Position numbers and translations under genes: made by a program
Part shown: positions 8,948 to 17,913 of the stretch, one piece after another
How the letters are laid out: each line of letters begins with the position of its first letter
How positions within the stretch are numbered: the first letter of the stretch is position 1
The notes under the pieces: generated by a model
What the model was told of the DNA's origin: nothing
Seen by the model: the letters and a program-made list of their open reading frames with translations, nothing else
Database searches by the model: none
Source: an uncultured Solirubrobacteraceae bacterium
Lineage (GTDB): Bacteria; Actinomycetota; Thermoleophilia; Solirubrobacterales; Solirubrobacteraceae
Assembly: GCA_963726825.1 (NCBI GenBank)
Contig: CAVSDT010000002.1
Coordinates: 613,341-677,340, forward strand
DNA: 64,000 nt
Direction: 5' to 3'

Positions 8948-10237
8948 GTGGTGGACGCGGCGGCCTCCGGGACGGTGCTCGTCACCGGCAGCCTCCCGCC
9001 GGGCGGCCGCGACCTCGATCTGCTCGTCGCCGACGCCGACGTCCCGCTGTTGGCCGACGCCCTGGCCGCCGCCGGCTACGAGCCCCGCGGGACCGAGTGG
9101 GCGCGCTTCGACGGCCCGCGCGTGGCGCTCGTCGACCTCGAGCCGGCGTCGGCCTGGGGCCTGCCGGCCGGCGAGCTGGAGGCGCTGCTGGCCGGCGCCC
9201 GGCCGCTGGCCGGCCACGCCCATCTGCGCGAGCCGGCCCCCGCGCACGTCCTGTTGATCCTCGCCCGGCGCCGCCTCGGCCTCGACGGCCCGCTGGCCGC
9301 CAAGCACCGCGCTCGCATCGCCGCGGCGGAGGCCGCCGACCCGGGGGCCTGGACCGCGGCGGCCGCGTGCAGCCCCGCCTGGGGCGTCGCCCACGCCCTC
9401 GCCGTCCTGCGCAGCGCCTCCCGGGACGGCACCGTCGCACCGGCGCTGCGCGCTCGGGCGAGGCTCGAGCGCGCACGGGCGGCCGGTCCACGGGCAGGCG
9501 CCGCGCTCCTGCTGCGCGACGCGGCACCCACGCGCCGTCGCGGCGCCGTCGTGGCCCTGTCGGGGATCGACGGCTCCGGCAAGAGCACCCAGGCCGCCGG
9601 CCTCGCGCTGACGCTCGCCGACCTCGGGCTCGACGCGACCGTGCAGTGGAGCCGCATCACCTACGACCCGCTCCTGCGCCGGCTGGGCGCCGGGCCCAAG
9701 CGGGTGCTCGGCTGGCTCGCCCGCCGTCGACCGGCCGACGGCGCCGGCACAAGCACCGCCGACGTCGGCGACAGCGCCGTGGACCCCGCCGACGCCGCCG
9801 CGGGCGCCCTCCGTGCGCGCTTCGCGACCCTCGACCATGGCTGGACGCTCGTCGTCGCCGTCGTGCACGCCCTCAGCCAGCGCCGCGCGCTCGCGCCGCA
9901 CCTGCGGGCCGGCGAGGTCGTGGTACGCGACCGCTACGTGCTCGACGCCACGGTCCAGCTGCGAAGCGTCTACGGCGAGGGCCGCTCCGTGCGCTTGCCG
10001 GCGGCCGTCCTGCGCCGGGCCTGCCCGGCGCCCGCCGCGGCGTTCTGGCTCGACGTCGACCCCGAGGAGGCCTACCGGCGCAAACCGGAGGAGTACACCG
10101 CCGCCGAGCTGGCCGCGCACCGGGCCGGCTACGCCGCGGTCCACGCTGCGCTCGGCGTCGAGCGCGTCGACGCCGGCGCGTCGCCTGAGGCACTGGCCGC
10201 CGACCTCGCCCGGCGCGTGTGGCAGCGGCTCGGATGA
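8948..10237 (+). CDS. Fusion protein: minimal-nucleotidyltransferase-like N-domain plus dTMP-kinase-like P-loop C-domain
   Basis: The ORF starts at TTG 8882. GTG 8948 is preceded by GGGGAG and is the likelier start. The N-terminal part has GSLPPGGRDLDLLV (NTase-fold G-S...D-x-D pattern). The C-terminal part has LSGIDGSGKSTQA (thymidylate-kinase-like Walker A) and VVRDRYVLD. Confidence 0.7.
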   Translation: MVDAAASGTVLVTGSLPPGGRDLDLLVADADVPLLADALAAAGYEPRGTEWARFDGPRVALVDLEPASAWGLPAGELEALLAGARPLAGHAHLREPAPAHVLLILARRRLGLDGPLAAKHRARIAAAEAADPGAWTAAAACSPAWGVAHALAVLRSASRDGTVAPALRARARLERARAAGPRAGAALLLRDAAPTRRRGAVVALSGIDGSGKSTQAAGLALTLADLGLDATVQWSRITYDPLLRRLGAGPKRVLGWLARRRPADGAGTSTADVGDSAVDPADAAAGALRARFATLDHGWTLVVAVVHALSQRRALAPHLRAGEVVVRDRYVLDATVQLRSVYGEGRSVRLPAAVLRRACPAPAAAFWLDVDPEEAYRRKPEEYTAAELAAHRAGYAAVHAALGVERVDAGASPEALAADLARRVWQRLG

Positions 10238-11700
10238 GCAACGCCGAGGCCACCGGGCCGGCGCGCGAGCATCGGGCGCCCGCGCTCAACGCGGCGGCCG
10301 CGGCCGCCGCCGACGTCGTCGGAAAGCTCAGCACGCTGGCCTGGACCGTGGTCGCCGCACGGCTGCTCACCCAGGAGCAGTTCGGCGCCTTCAACCTGGC
10401 GCTGGCGCTGGCGCTGATCGCCTCCGCGCTGGCCGAGGGCGGCTTCGACCCGATCCTCGTGCGGCGCGCCAGCGAGGACCGCCGCCGCCTGGCGCTCTAC
10501 CACACGCAGGCGCTCGCCTGGCAGGTCGCCCTGGCTGTCCCGATCTTCGTCCTGGCCGCCGCGGCGGTCTGGCTGACCCGCCCCGAGACGGACCTGCGCG
10601 CGGCCATCGTCCTCGTCCTCCTCGCGATCTTCCTCGACATCTGGAGCGACACGGCGCGCTCGAGCGCCGCCGCCGCGCGCGACCAGACCAGCACCTCGCG
10701 CGCCCTGGCGCTGCAGCGCCTGGCCACGGCGGCGCTGATGATCCCGGCGATCGTCGCGGGGCTGGGCATCACCGGGATGGCTGCGGCGTTCCTGGCGGGA
10801 TCGGCGATCGGCTGGGTCGGCCACGTCCGCGCTGTGGCCAGGCTCGGCGTCGCCTTCCGGCCCGCCCTGCTGGACCGTCCGGGCATGCGCGTCTTCGCAC
10901 GGGGCACCTGGAACCTCGCCCTCAGCGCGCTGCTGGCCATCGCCCTGTTCCGGCTGGACGCCGTGCTGCTGGCCGTTCTGCGCGGCGATGCGGCGGTGGG
11001 CGAGTACGCCGCCGCCTACCGGCTGTTCGAGACGGTGCTGTTCCTGACGTTCGCCGTCGTCGGGGCGGTCGCGCCGCTGATGTTCGAGCGTGCCGGGGAC
11101 CCGGCCGAGGTCGCCCGCCTCGCCGAGCTGGTGCTGGTCGTCCTCGGCTTCGTCTACGTCCCGTTCGTCGTCGTCTGCCTCGCCGACGGACGGGCGGTGC
11201 TGGAGCTGCTCTACGGCACGCGCTACGAGAGCGCCGGCGCCGCGCTGCGCTGGCTGGCCCCGACCCCTCTGGCCTACGCCCTGGCGGCCGCGGTCGGCGC
11301 GGTGCTCGTCGCCCGCAAGCGCACCGTGGGCATCCTCGTCGGCGCCGCCGTGGCCCTCGTGCTCAACGTCGCGCTCAACGTCGCGCTGATCCCGGTGCTC
11401 GGCGTCGCCGGCGCGGCCCTCGCGACGACCGCCGCCTACGTCGTGGAGGCGGCGATCGGGCTGGCCTTCGCGCTGCGCCTCGTGCCGGGGCTGGCGATCG
11501 CGCGCCCGTTCGCCGAGACGCTCGCGCTCGGCGCCCTGATGGGCGCGGCGCTGGTGGCGCTGCCGTTGCCCGTCGTGATCGAGGCGCCCGTGACGGCGGC
11601 CGCCTACGCCGCCGGTTGGGTGGCCTTCGTCCGGGCCCGCCGTCCCGAGCGTCTCGCGGCGGTCCGGACGCTGCTGCTGCGCGGGAGCGGGACGCCGTGA
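10234..11700 (+). CDS. Polysaccharide/oligosaccharide flippase (MOP/Wzx family)
   Basis: The ATG at 10234 overlaps the upstream stop (ATGA). The protein has about 12 hydrophobic spans. The N-terminus is typical of Wzx-like proteins (AADVVGKLSTLAWTVVAARLLTQEQFGAFNLALAL). Confidence 0.85.
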   Translation: MSNAEATGPAREHRAPALNAAAAAAADVVGKLSTLAWTVVAARLLTQEQFGAFNLALALALIASALAEGGFDPILVRRASEDRRRLALYHTQALAWQVALAVPIFVLAAAAVWLTRPETDLRAAIVLVLLAIFLDIWSDTARSSAAAARDQTSTSRALALQRLATAALMIPAIVAGLGITGMAAAFLAGSAIGWVGHVRAVARLGVAFRPALLDRPGMRVFARGTWNLALSALLAIALFRLDAVLLAVLRGDAAVGEYAAAYRLFETVLFLTFAVVGAVAPLMFERAGDPAEVARLAELVLVVLGFVYVPFVVVCLADGRAVLELLYGTRYESAGAALRWLAPTPLAYALAAAVGAVLVARKRTVGILVGAAVALVLNVALNVALIPVLGVAGAALATTAAYVVEAAIGLAFALRLVPGLAIARPFAETLALGALMGAALVALPLPVVIEAPVTAAAYAAGWVAFVRARRPERLAAVRTLLLRGSGTP

Positions 11701-12779
11701 GGGGGTTGCGGGGGGCGCTCCCGCTCGTGCGCGAACTGGATCCGACCCTCGCCGCCGCCTGGCGGCGGCTCGCCGCGGAGGCCCTGGAACCCAACCCGTT
11801 CGCCGCGCCGGCCCTCGCGCGGGCCGCCGCCGACGCGCTGCCGGCCGCGCACGCCGACCGGCTGCTGGTGGTCTGCGACGGCGACCGCCTCGTCCTCGCC
11901 CTCCCCGTGCGCCCCCGGCGGCGCTACCGGCGCGCACCCGTCCGCACCCTGCTCGCCTGCGGGCACCAGCACGCCTTCCTCGACACGCCGCTGGTCGACC
12001 CGGCGACCGATCCCGTCGCCGCCGCGGCCTGCGCCCTGCAGACGGCGGCCGGATCGGGCGGCTGGCTGATGTTCGAGCGCCTCCCGGCCGACGGCCCGGT
12101 GCGCGCGGCGCTCGACGCGGCGATCACCCGGCGCGGCGCCCGCACCCGGGTCCTGACCGCGGACGCGCGCCCGATGGTGCACCGCCGCGATGAGGCGACC
12201 TACCTCGAGGGCCGCCTGAGCACGCAGCGGCGCAAGGCCCTGCGCAAGGCGCGGCGGCGGTTGGAGGCCGAGCTCGGCCCCCTCAGCGTGCGGGATCTCG
12301 CCGGCGACGGCGTCGAGCCCCTGCTCGCGCTCGAGCGCGCGGGCTGGAAGGGGCGTGCGGGGACGGCACTGGCCTCGGTGCCCGGCGACGAGCGCTTCTT
12401 CCGCGCGGCGATGGGGGCCGCGGCCCGCGAGCAGGCCGTCCAGGGCTGGGTGCTCGAGGCCGGGGGCCGTCCCGTGGCCGCCCTGTCGGCGGTCATCGAC
12501 GGCCGGGGCGCCTTCCATCTCAAGACGGCCTACGACGAGACCCTGGCCCGCGTCTCGCCCGGCCTGCAGCTCGAGGTCGCCGTGCTCGAGGCCTTCCACG
12601 AGGACCCGCGGCTGGACTGGATCGACTCCTGCGCGATCGAGGACGGGCCCTCCGCGCTGCTGTACCCCGACCGGCGCCGGATCGAGGCGCTGCTCGTCGT
12701 CCTGGGAGGTCCCGTCGCCAGCGCGGCTGCGGCGGCCGTCGCGCAGGTCGCCGCGCGGCGCGCGCAGCCGCCGGCCTGA
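11697..12779 (+). CDS. Second FemAB/CelD-like GNAT-fold acyltransferase
   Basis: The GTG at 11697 overlaps the flippase stop (GTGA) and is in frame with the tail of ORF 9813..12779. Features are EPNPFAAPALARAAADAL, YLEGRLSTQRRKALRKARRRLE, ERAGWKGRAGTA and HLKTAYDETLARVSPG. It is a paralogue type of 7734..8807. Confidence 0.75.
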   Translation: MRGLRGALPLVRELDPTLAAAWRRLAAEALEPNPFAAPALARAAADALPAAHADRLLVVCDGDRLVLALPVRPRRRYRRAPVRTLLACGHQHAFLDTPLVDPATDPVAAAACALQTAAGSGGWLMFERLPADGPVRAALDAAITRRGARTRVLTADARPMVHRRDEATYLEGRLSTQRRKALRKARRRLEAELGPLSVRDLAGDGVEPLLALERAGWKGRAGTALASVPGDERFFRAAMGAAAREQAVQGWVLEAGGRPVAALSAVIDGRGAFHLKTAYDETLARVSPGLQLEVAVLEAFHEDPRLDWIDSCAIEDGPSALLYPDRRRIEALLVVLGGPVASAAAAAVAQVAARRAQPPA

Positions 12780-12790
12780 GACGACACCGG

Positions 12791-13930
12791 TCAGGCGCGC
12801 GGGCGCGGCCGCCGGGCGGCCGCCAGCTCGCGCACGAGCCCCAGTGCCGGACGGGGGTCGGACGCGCTCAGGTGCGGATGGGTGGCGCCCAGCGCATGGG
12901 TCAGCGTGCCGGCGACGTCGCGCACGAGGCCGCCGGAGCGCTCGGCGCGTGCGCGGCGCAGGTCCTCCAGCAAGGACTGGAAGCGCACGCCGGGCCGGCC
13001 CGCCGTCCAACTCGGCACGGGGTCGCCGAGCGCGACCCGGCCCCACAGGCCGGGGAGGTCCACCCCGGCGGCGACGGCCAGGGCCAGGCTGCCGTAGAAG
13101 CGGGCGTTGAGGTCGATCAGCGCGGGCGGAGCCCCCGGGGCGCGCAGGAACTGCAGGTTGGCCAGCCCGACCCAGCCGAGGTCGCGCAGCAGCCTCCCGG
13201 CCGCGGCCAGCAGGTCAGGATCGATCGCCGTCGTCACGGCGCGGCTGCTCGTGTCGCGCAGCGACAGGCGAGGGCTGCGCTGCTGCACGGCGGCGATGCA
13301 GCGGCCCTCGCGGTCGGCCAGGAGCGTCAGGGCCATCAGCTCGCCGTCGACGAGCTCCTGCAGCAGCGGTCGGGCGCCGCTTGAGGTCATGGCCTCGGCG
13401 TGCCGGCGGGCGGCATCGCGGCCGTCGCAGCGCGCGGCGAGCGCGTGACGCTGCCCGTCCGCCGCGCCGGGCTCCCAGTGCAGGCGCGACTTCACCACGA
13501 CGGGGCCGTCGACGGCGGCCAGCGCGGCCTCCGTGGCCGGCCGGGTGAACGGCGCATGGAGGCCGGCGCGCGTCGCCGCGCGCGTCAGCTCCAGCTTGTC
13601 TACGGCGCGCAGGACGGCGGCGTGCGGAGCGTGCGGCACGACGCAGGGGATCGCGTCGCGGGCCGCCGAGAGGACGAGCAGCTCGATGTCGTCGGCCGCG
13701 AAGACGACGTCGTAGTCCCCCGCGACCGCCGCCACCGCGGCCACCCACGCCTCGGGATCGCGCTCGGGCGCCGGGACGGCGACCACCGTCGCGGCGTGAC
13801 GGGAGCGCCGCTGTCGCGACCCGCCGAGGGCGAGCCCCACCGTCCAGCCCCCCGCGTGCAGCGCGCGCACCGCCGCGGGCACCTGCGGGGCGGCCCCGTC
13901 CGTGACGATCAACGCCCGCCGCGGGGTCAC
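12791..13930 (-). CDS. ATP-grasp domain ligase
   Basis: The GTG at 13930 overlaps the deacetylase stop (GTGA). ATP-grasp features are VVVKSRLHWEPG, LLQELVDGELMALTLL and GLANLQFLR..PALIDLNARFYGSLALAVAAGVDLP. Confidence 0.75.
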   Translation of the reverse strand: MTPRRALIVTDGAAPQVPAAVRALHAGGWTVGLALGGSRQRRSRHAATVVAVPAPERDPEAWVAAVAAVAGDYDVVFAADDIELLVLSAARDAIPCVVPHAPHAAVLRAVDKLELTRAATRAGLHAPFTRPATEAALAAVDGPVVVKSRLHWEPGAADGQRHALAARCDGRDAARRHAEAMTSSGARPLLQELVDGELMALTLLADREGRCIAAVQQRSPRLSLRDTSSRAVTTAIDPDLLAAAGRLLRDLGWVGLANLQFLRAPGAPPALIDLNARFYGSLALAVAAGVDLPGLWGRVALGDPVPSWTAGRPGVRFQSLLEDLRRARAERSGGLVRDVAGTLTHALGATHPHLSASDPRPALGLVRELAAARRPRPRA

Positions 13931-14745
13931 CGGCGACTCCGGGCGTACGTGCGCGCGCCCCGCGTCAGGGCCCGGGCCAGCCGTCCGGGCCGGGAGTGGA
14001 AGGCGGGGTCGTAGGCGCCGGCGAGCTTGGCCACGAAGGCCGCCGGGCCGTCCACGCCGGTGATCATCGCCCGCGGCAGCGCCAGCGGCCGCCACGGCCC
14101 GCGCTCTGCGCCCGCCACCGCGACGCCGAAGCCGGCCGCCTGGACCGCCGCCACGGCGGCCGGCCCGTGGGCGAAGAAGGGATAGGCGAAGCTCGTCACG
14201 GGTGCTGCGATAGCGTCCTGCAGGGTGTCACGGCTGCCTTGCACCTCTCGCAGGCACGCCTCGGCCGGCAGGACGGACAGATCGGGGTGGGTGACGGTGT
14301 GGGCGCCGATCTCGACGCCGGCGCCGTGCAGCTCGACGAGCTCGTCCGCGGTCAGCATGCGCGCGCGGGCACGCGGGTCCATCCACGGGTTGGGCTGCCC
14401 GAGCAGCCCGGAGACGACGAACACCGTGGCCGGCAGCCCGTACTCACGCAGGATCGGCGCGAGCACCGAGAGGGTGTTCTCCATCCCGTCGTCGAACGTC
14501 AAGGCCGCCAGCCCCGGCGGGGGCGTCCCGCCTGCCGCGCGGCGGGCGAGCTCGCCGAGCGGGACGACCTCGAAGCCCGCTTGGAGCAGCAGCTCGAGCT
14601 GGGCGCGGAAGCGCCCGGGTTCGACGCACAGGTGCTCGGGGTCGTGGCCGACGGCCACCCGGGCGACACCGTGGCCGCCGATGATCACCGAGCGGCGCGC
14701 GCGCACGCGGCGTGCGGCGGCGAGCAGGGCGGCGGGCACCCGCAC
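13927..14745 (-). CDS. Polysaccharide deacetylase (NodB-homology/CE4)
   Basis: 272-aa ORF with a GTG start. CE4 motifs are LTFDDGMENT, GLPATVFVV and EIGAHTVTHPDL. Confidence 0.9.
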   Translation of the reverse strand: MRVPAALLAAARRVRARRSVIIGGHGVARVAVGHDPEHLCVEPGRFRAQLELLLQAGFEVVPLGELARRAAGGTPPPGLAALTFDDGMENTLSVLAPILREYGLPATVFVVSGLLGQPNPWMDPRARARMLTADELVELHGAGVEIGAHTVTHPDLSVLPAEACLREVQGSRDTLQDAIAAPVTSFAYPFFAHGPAAVAAVQAAGFGVAVAGAERGPWRPLALPRAMITGVDGPAAFVAKLAGAYDPAFHSRPGRLARALTRGARTYARSRR

Positions 14746-14778
14746 GTCCTATCACGAAACCACGCAGGAGCCGCTCCG

Positions 14779-15933
14779 GTGACCTCGGTGCTGCACGTCT
14801 TCGAGCCGCCGGACGGGGGCGTCGCGCAGGTCGTGTCCGAGCTCGCCACCGGTCTCGGCGCCCACGGGGTGACCGTCGCGGTCGCCGGGCCGCGCCGCGC
14901 CCCGTCCCTGACGGCGCTCGACGAGGCGGGGGTTGCGGTGCACCCGCTGGCCCTTGCCCGCGGCTACGGCAGACCGTGGCGCGACGCGCAGGCGCTCGGG
15001 GCGCTCGCGCGGCTGCTGCGCACGGGGCGCTTCGACCTCGTGCACTGCCACGCGGCCAAGGCCGGCGTGGTCGGGCGCCTGGCGGCCCGGCAGGCGGGCG
15101 TCCCGGCCGTCTACAGCCCGCATTGCCTGCCGTTCGTCGGGGACGTCTCGGCCGCGCGGCGGCACCTGTCGCTGGCCGCCGAGCGCCTGCTCGGCCCCGC
15201 GACGGCTGCGCTGCTGTGCGTGTGCGAGCAGGAACGGACGATCGCGCTCGAGCATCGCCTGGTCGCCCCGGACCGCGCCCGGGTGGTGCGCAACGGGGCG
15301 AGCACGCCCGGCACGGCCGCGCCCGACGAGCGGCTGCTGGCGCTGCGCGGCGACGGGCTGCTCGTCGGGGCCGTGACCGTCCTGCGCGAGCAGAAGGGCC
15401 TTCAAGACCTGCTGCGCGCCGCGCCGGCGATCCTCGCCGCCGAGCCGCGCGCCCGCATCGCCGTCGTCGGCGACGGGCCGATGCGCGAGGCGCTGGTCCA
15501 GCAGGCCGCCGCGCTCGGCCTCGACCGCCATCCGCGCTTCGCCCTGCTCCCCTACCACGGGCCGCCGGAACGCCCCCTGCGCGCCCTCGACCTCTACGTG
15601 CTGCCCTCGTGGTGGGAGGCCTTGCCGGTCGGCGCGCTGGAGGCCCTCGCCTGCGGGGTGCCGCAGGTCGCCACGGACGTCGGCGGCACGGGCGAGGCGG
15701 TCACGGCGGCCACCGGCCGGCTCGTCGCGCCGCACGACCCGGACGCCCTCGCCGCCGCGGTCCTGGCGCTGCTGCGCGACGAGGCCGGGCTGCGGGCGCG
15801 CGCCGCGGCGTCGGCGGCCGCGCACGCCGAGCGCTTCACCGTCGAGCGGATGGTGCGCGAGACGGCCGCGCTCTACGCCGACGTGCTCAGCGGCGCAGGG
15901 TCCACAGCCCCTGGTCGTCCAGCCAGCGCTTGA
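14779..15933 (+). CDS. Glycosyltransferase family 4 (GT-B)
   Basis: The GTG at 14779 is in frame with ORF 13996..15933. Features are VLHVFEPPDGGVAQVV, DLVHCHAAKAGVVGRL, YVLPSWWEALPVGALEALACGVPQVATDVGG. Confidence 0.85.
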   Translation: MTSVLHVFEPPDGGVAQVVSELATGLGAHGVTVAVAGPRRAPSLTALDEAGVAVHPLALARGYGRPWRDAQALGALARLLRTGRFDLVHCHAAKAGVVGRLAARQAGVPAVYSPHCLPFVGDVSAARRHLSLAAERLLGPATAALLCVCEQERTIALEHRLVAPDRARVVRNGASTPGTAAPDERLLALRGDGLLVGAVTVLREQKGLQDLLRAAPAILAAEPRARIAVVGDGPMREALVQQAAALGLDRHPRFALLPYHGPPERPLRALDLYVLPSWWEALPVGALEALACGVPQVATDVGGTGEAVTAATGRLVAPHDPDALAAAVLALLRDEAGLRARAAASAAAHAERFTVERMVRETAALYADVLSGAGSTAPGRPASA

Positions 15934-16723
15934 CGCGCAGCTCGACCCGCGTGCGGGGTCGCCCGCCGTAGACGATGGGGTACAGCAGCTTGCGCCGCAG
16001 CGGCATCGGGGAGGCGCGGAAGTGGTGGCGCAGATCGCCGAACAGGCGCGGATGGGCGGCGCGCAGGTCGCGGTAGAGCTCGACGTGGCGCCCGCGTGCG
16101 GCGGCGAGCATGCGCGGGTCGGCCTTGCGGTAGCGGTGGATGGCCCGGCCCGCGCCGAGATGGGCCACGGGCAGGCCCGCCTCCGCGAGCGCCATCCACA
16201 GGTCCCAGTCCTCGTAGCCGCGCAGCGCCGTCCGCCACCCGCCGACCTGCTCGAGCGCACTGCGGCGGAACACCGCCGCCGTCGGGTACTCGTTGCAGAA
16301 CGCGATGCGGTAGGGATCGAGGGTCTCGGGCACGGCGCGCAGGAGGTCCCGCGCCCCGAACTCCTCGATGTCGCCGATCACCGCGGCCAGGCCGGGGTCG
16401 GCGTCGAGGCGGTCGGCGGCCGCCGCGAGCACGCCCGGGAGGGCCTCGTCGTCGGCGTCCAGCGGGAACACGTAGGGCGCCCGCGTGGCCGCGAGGCCCG
16501 TCATGCGGGCGGCGGACAGGTGGCGGTTGACCGGGTGACGCACGACGCGCGTCCCTTCCGCGGACAGCCGGTCCAGCGTGCGCCGGGTGGCGTCGTCCTG
16601 CGAGGCGTCGTCGACGACGACGACCTCGACCGGCTCGGCCTCCTCGATCGAGTCCAACGCGCCCGGGAGCAGGTCCCCGTCGTCGTAGCAGGGGACGACG
16701 ACGCAGACGCGAGCGCGGCTCAT
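15887..16723 (-). CDS. Glycosyltransferase family 2
   Basis: The ATG at 16723 overlaps the upstream stop (ATGA). Features are MSRARVCVVVPCYDDGDLL, VVVVDDASQDD, PLDADDE and YEDWDLW. Confidence 0.9.
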   Translation of the reverse strand: MSRARVCVVVPCYDDGDLLPGALDSIEEAEPVEVVVVDDASQDDATRRTLDRLSAEGTRVVRHPVNRHLSAARMTGLAATRAPYVFPLDADDEALPGVLAAAADRLDADPGLAAVIGDIEEFGARDLLRAVPETLDPYRIAFCNEYPTAAVFRRSALEQVGGWRTALRGYEDWDLWMALAEAGLPVAHLGAGRAIHRYRKADPRMLAAARGRHVELYRDLRAAHPRLFGDLRHHFRASPMPLRRKLLYPIVYGGRPRTRVELRVKRWLDDQGLWTLRR

Positions 16724-17865
16724 CCGCGGGCGAGGCGCGCGAACGCGGCGCGCACCGGCTTCGGGCGCCCGTCGTGGGTGAGCAGGCCGAAGTTGTCGTC
16801 GTGGATCGACAGGTCGGCGCTCGTGTCGCGCAGCGTGTACCAGACGGCGACGTCGACGTAGTCCCAGGCCCGCAGGCGGCGCACGGCCTGCTCGAGGTAG
16901 CGCGCCTGGCGCTGCGCGTCCACCCCGCGCTCCCAGGTCGGGCCGTCGCGGCGCGCGGTCGTGGACCAGCCCAGCTCCGTCAGCCACAGCGGTCGGCGGT
17001 CGCCCGCGGCGAGCATCGTCCGCCGCACGGCCGGGACCCCGCGCACGAACGAGTGCGTCGCGTCGGCGCCGTCCGCGCGGTCCAGCGGCGAGCGGTCCCC
17101 GGAGTAGGGGTGCACCGACAGCGCGTCGAAGGAGCCCCGTGCCCCGAGCGCATACAGGCTGGCGACGAAGCGGTGGTCCGCCTCGGCGAGCGAGCCGCCG
17201 ACGACGAGGGCGCGCGGGTCGGCGCCCTTGATCGCGGGGTAGGCGGCGCGCAGGAGCCCGGCGTAGGCGACGGCCGGGTGGCGGGCGCGCAGGAACGCCT
17301 GCTGGTTGGGCTCGTTCCAGATCTCCCAGGCCTGCACGCGGCCGCGGTAGCGGTGAGCGAGCATCCGCAGGGCGCGGGCGTAGTCGCGCGCCCGGCGCGG
17401 CGGATAGCGCTCGACGCCACGCTCCCACCAGGCCCCGCGGCAGCCCTGACGCAGCCGTGCCGGGGCACGGGAGGCCCAGCACGGGGTGCTCGTGACGGTC
17501 GCCAGCACGCGCAGCCCGCGCCGGTGGGCCGCGGCCACGACGGTGTCGAGGCGGCGCAGGTACCAGGGCGACCAGCGTCCACGGCCGTCCTGCTGCAGGG
17601 AGGCCCAGCCGACGTCGACGCGCACGAGACGGGCCCCGGCGTCGGCCGCGGCGTCGATCTGCCCGCGCGCGGCCCGGGCGGAGACCCCCGCCCACAGGGG
17701 GTGCACCTGCACCCCGAGCGCCGCCGGCCGGCCGGTCCCGCCACCCACGGCGGGTGACGGCGGCGCGGCTGCCGCGAGCACGGCGGCCAGCGCCAGCGCG
17801 ACTAGGGTGAGCCCCGGCAGCAGCAGGCGAAGACGTCGGCGAGGGTTGGCGGGGAGCGGCAGCAC
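16720..17865 (-). CDS. Secreted glycoside hydrolase, GH5-like (cellulase superfamily, (beta/alpha)8)
   Basis: 381-aa ORF with a signal peptide (RRRLRLLLPGLTLVALALAAVLAAAAP). The acid/base motif is WEIWNEPN and the nucleophile-like motif is LWLTELGWS. Confidence 0.75.
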   Translation of the reverse strand: MLPLPANPRRRLRLLLPGLTLVALALAAVLAAAAPPSPAVGGGTGRPAALGVQVHPLWAGVSARAARGQIDAAADAGARLVRVDVGWASLQQDGRGRWSPWYLRRLDTVVAAAHRRGLRVLATVTSTPCWASRAPARLRQGCRGAWWERGVERYPPRRARDYARALRMLAHRYRGRVQAWEIWNEPNQQAFLRARHPAVAYAGLLRAAYPAIKGADPRALVVGGSLAEADHRFVASLYALGARGSFDALSVHPYSGDRSPLDRADGADATHSFVRGVPAVRRTMLAAGDRRPLWLTELGWSTTARRDGPTWERGVDAQRQARYLEQAVRRLRAWDYVDVAVWYTLRDTSADLSIHDDNFGLLTHDGRPKPVRAAFARLARG

Positions 17866-17913
17866 GTGGAAGTCGTATCGGCCGGGGAGGGCTCACGGTA
17901 CAGCCGCCCTGCG

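Noticed and set aside
15887-15933. Convergent 3' overlaps (15887-15933, 47 nt; 19003-19096, 94 nt) as possible antisense regulation or overlapping-gene coding.
   Set aside because: The overlapping C-terminal tails are low-complexity Ala/Arg/Ser/Thr strings beyond the recognisable domains. The most likely explanation is ORF drift to the first available stop in GC-rich DNA.
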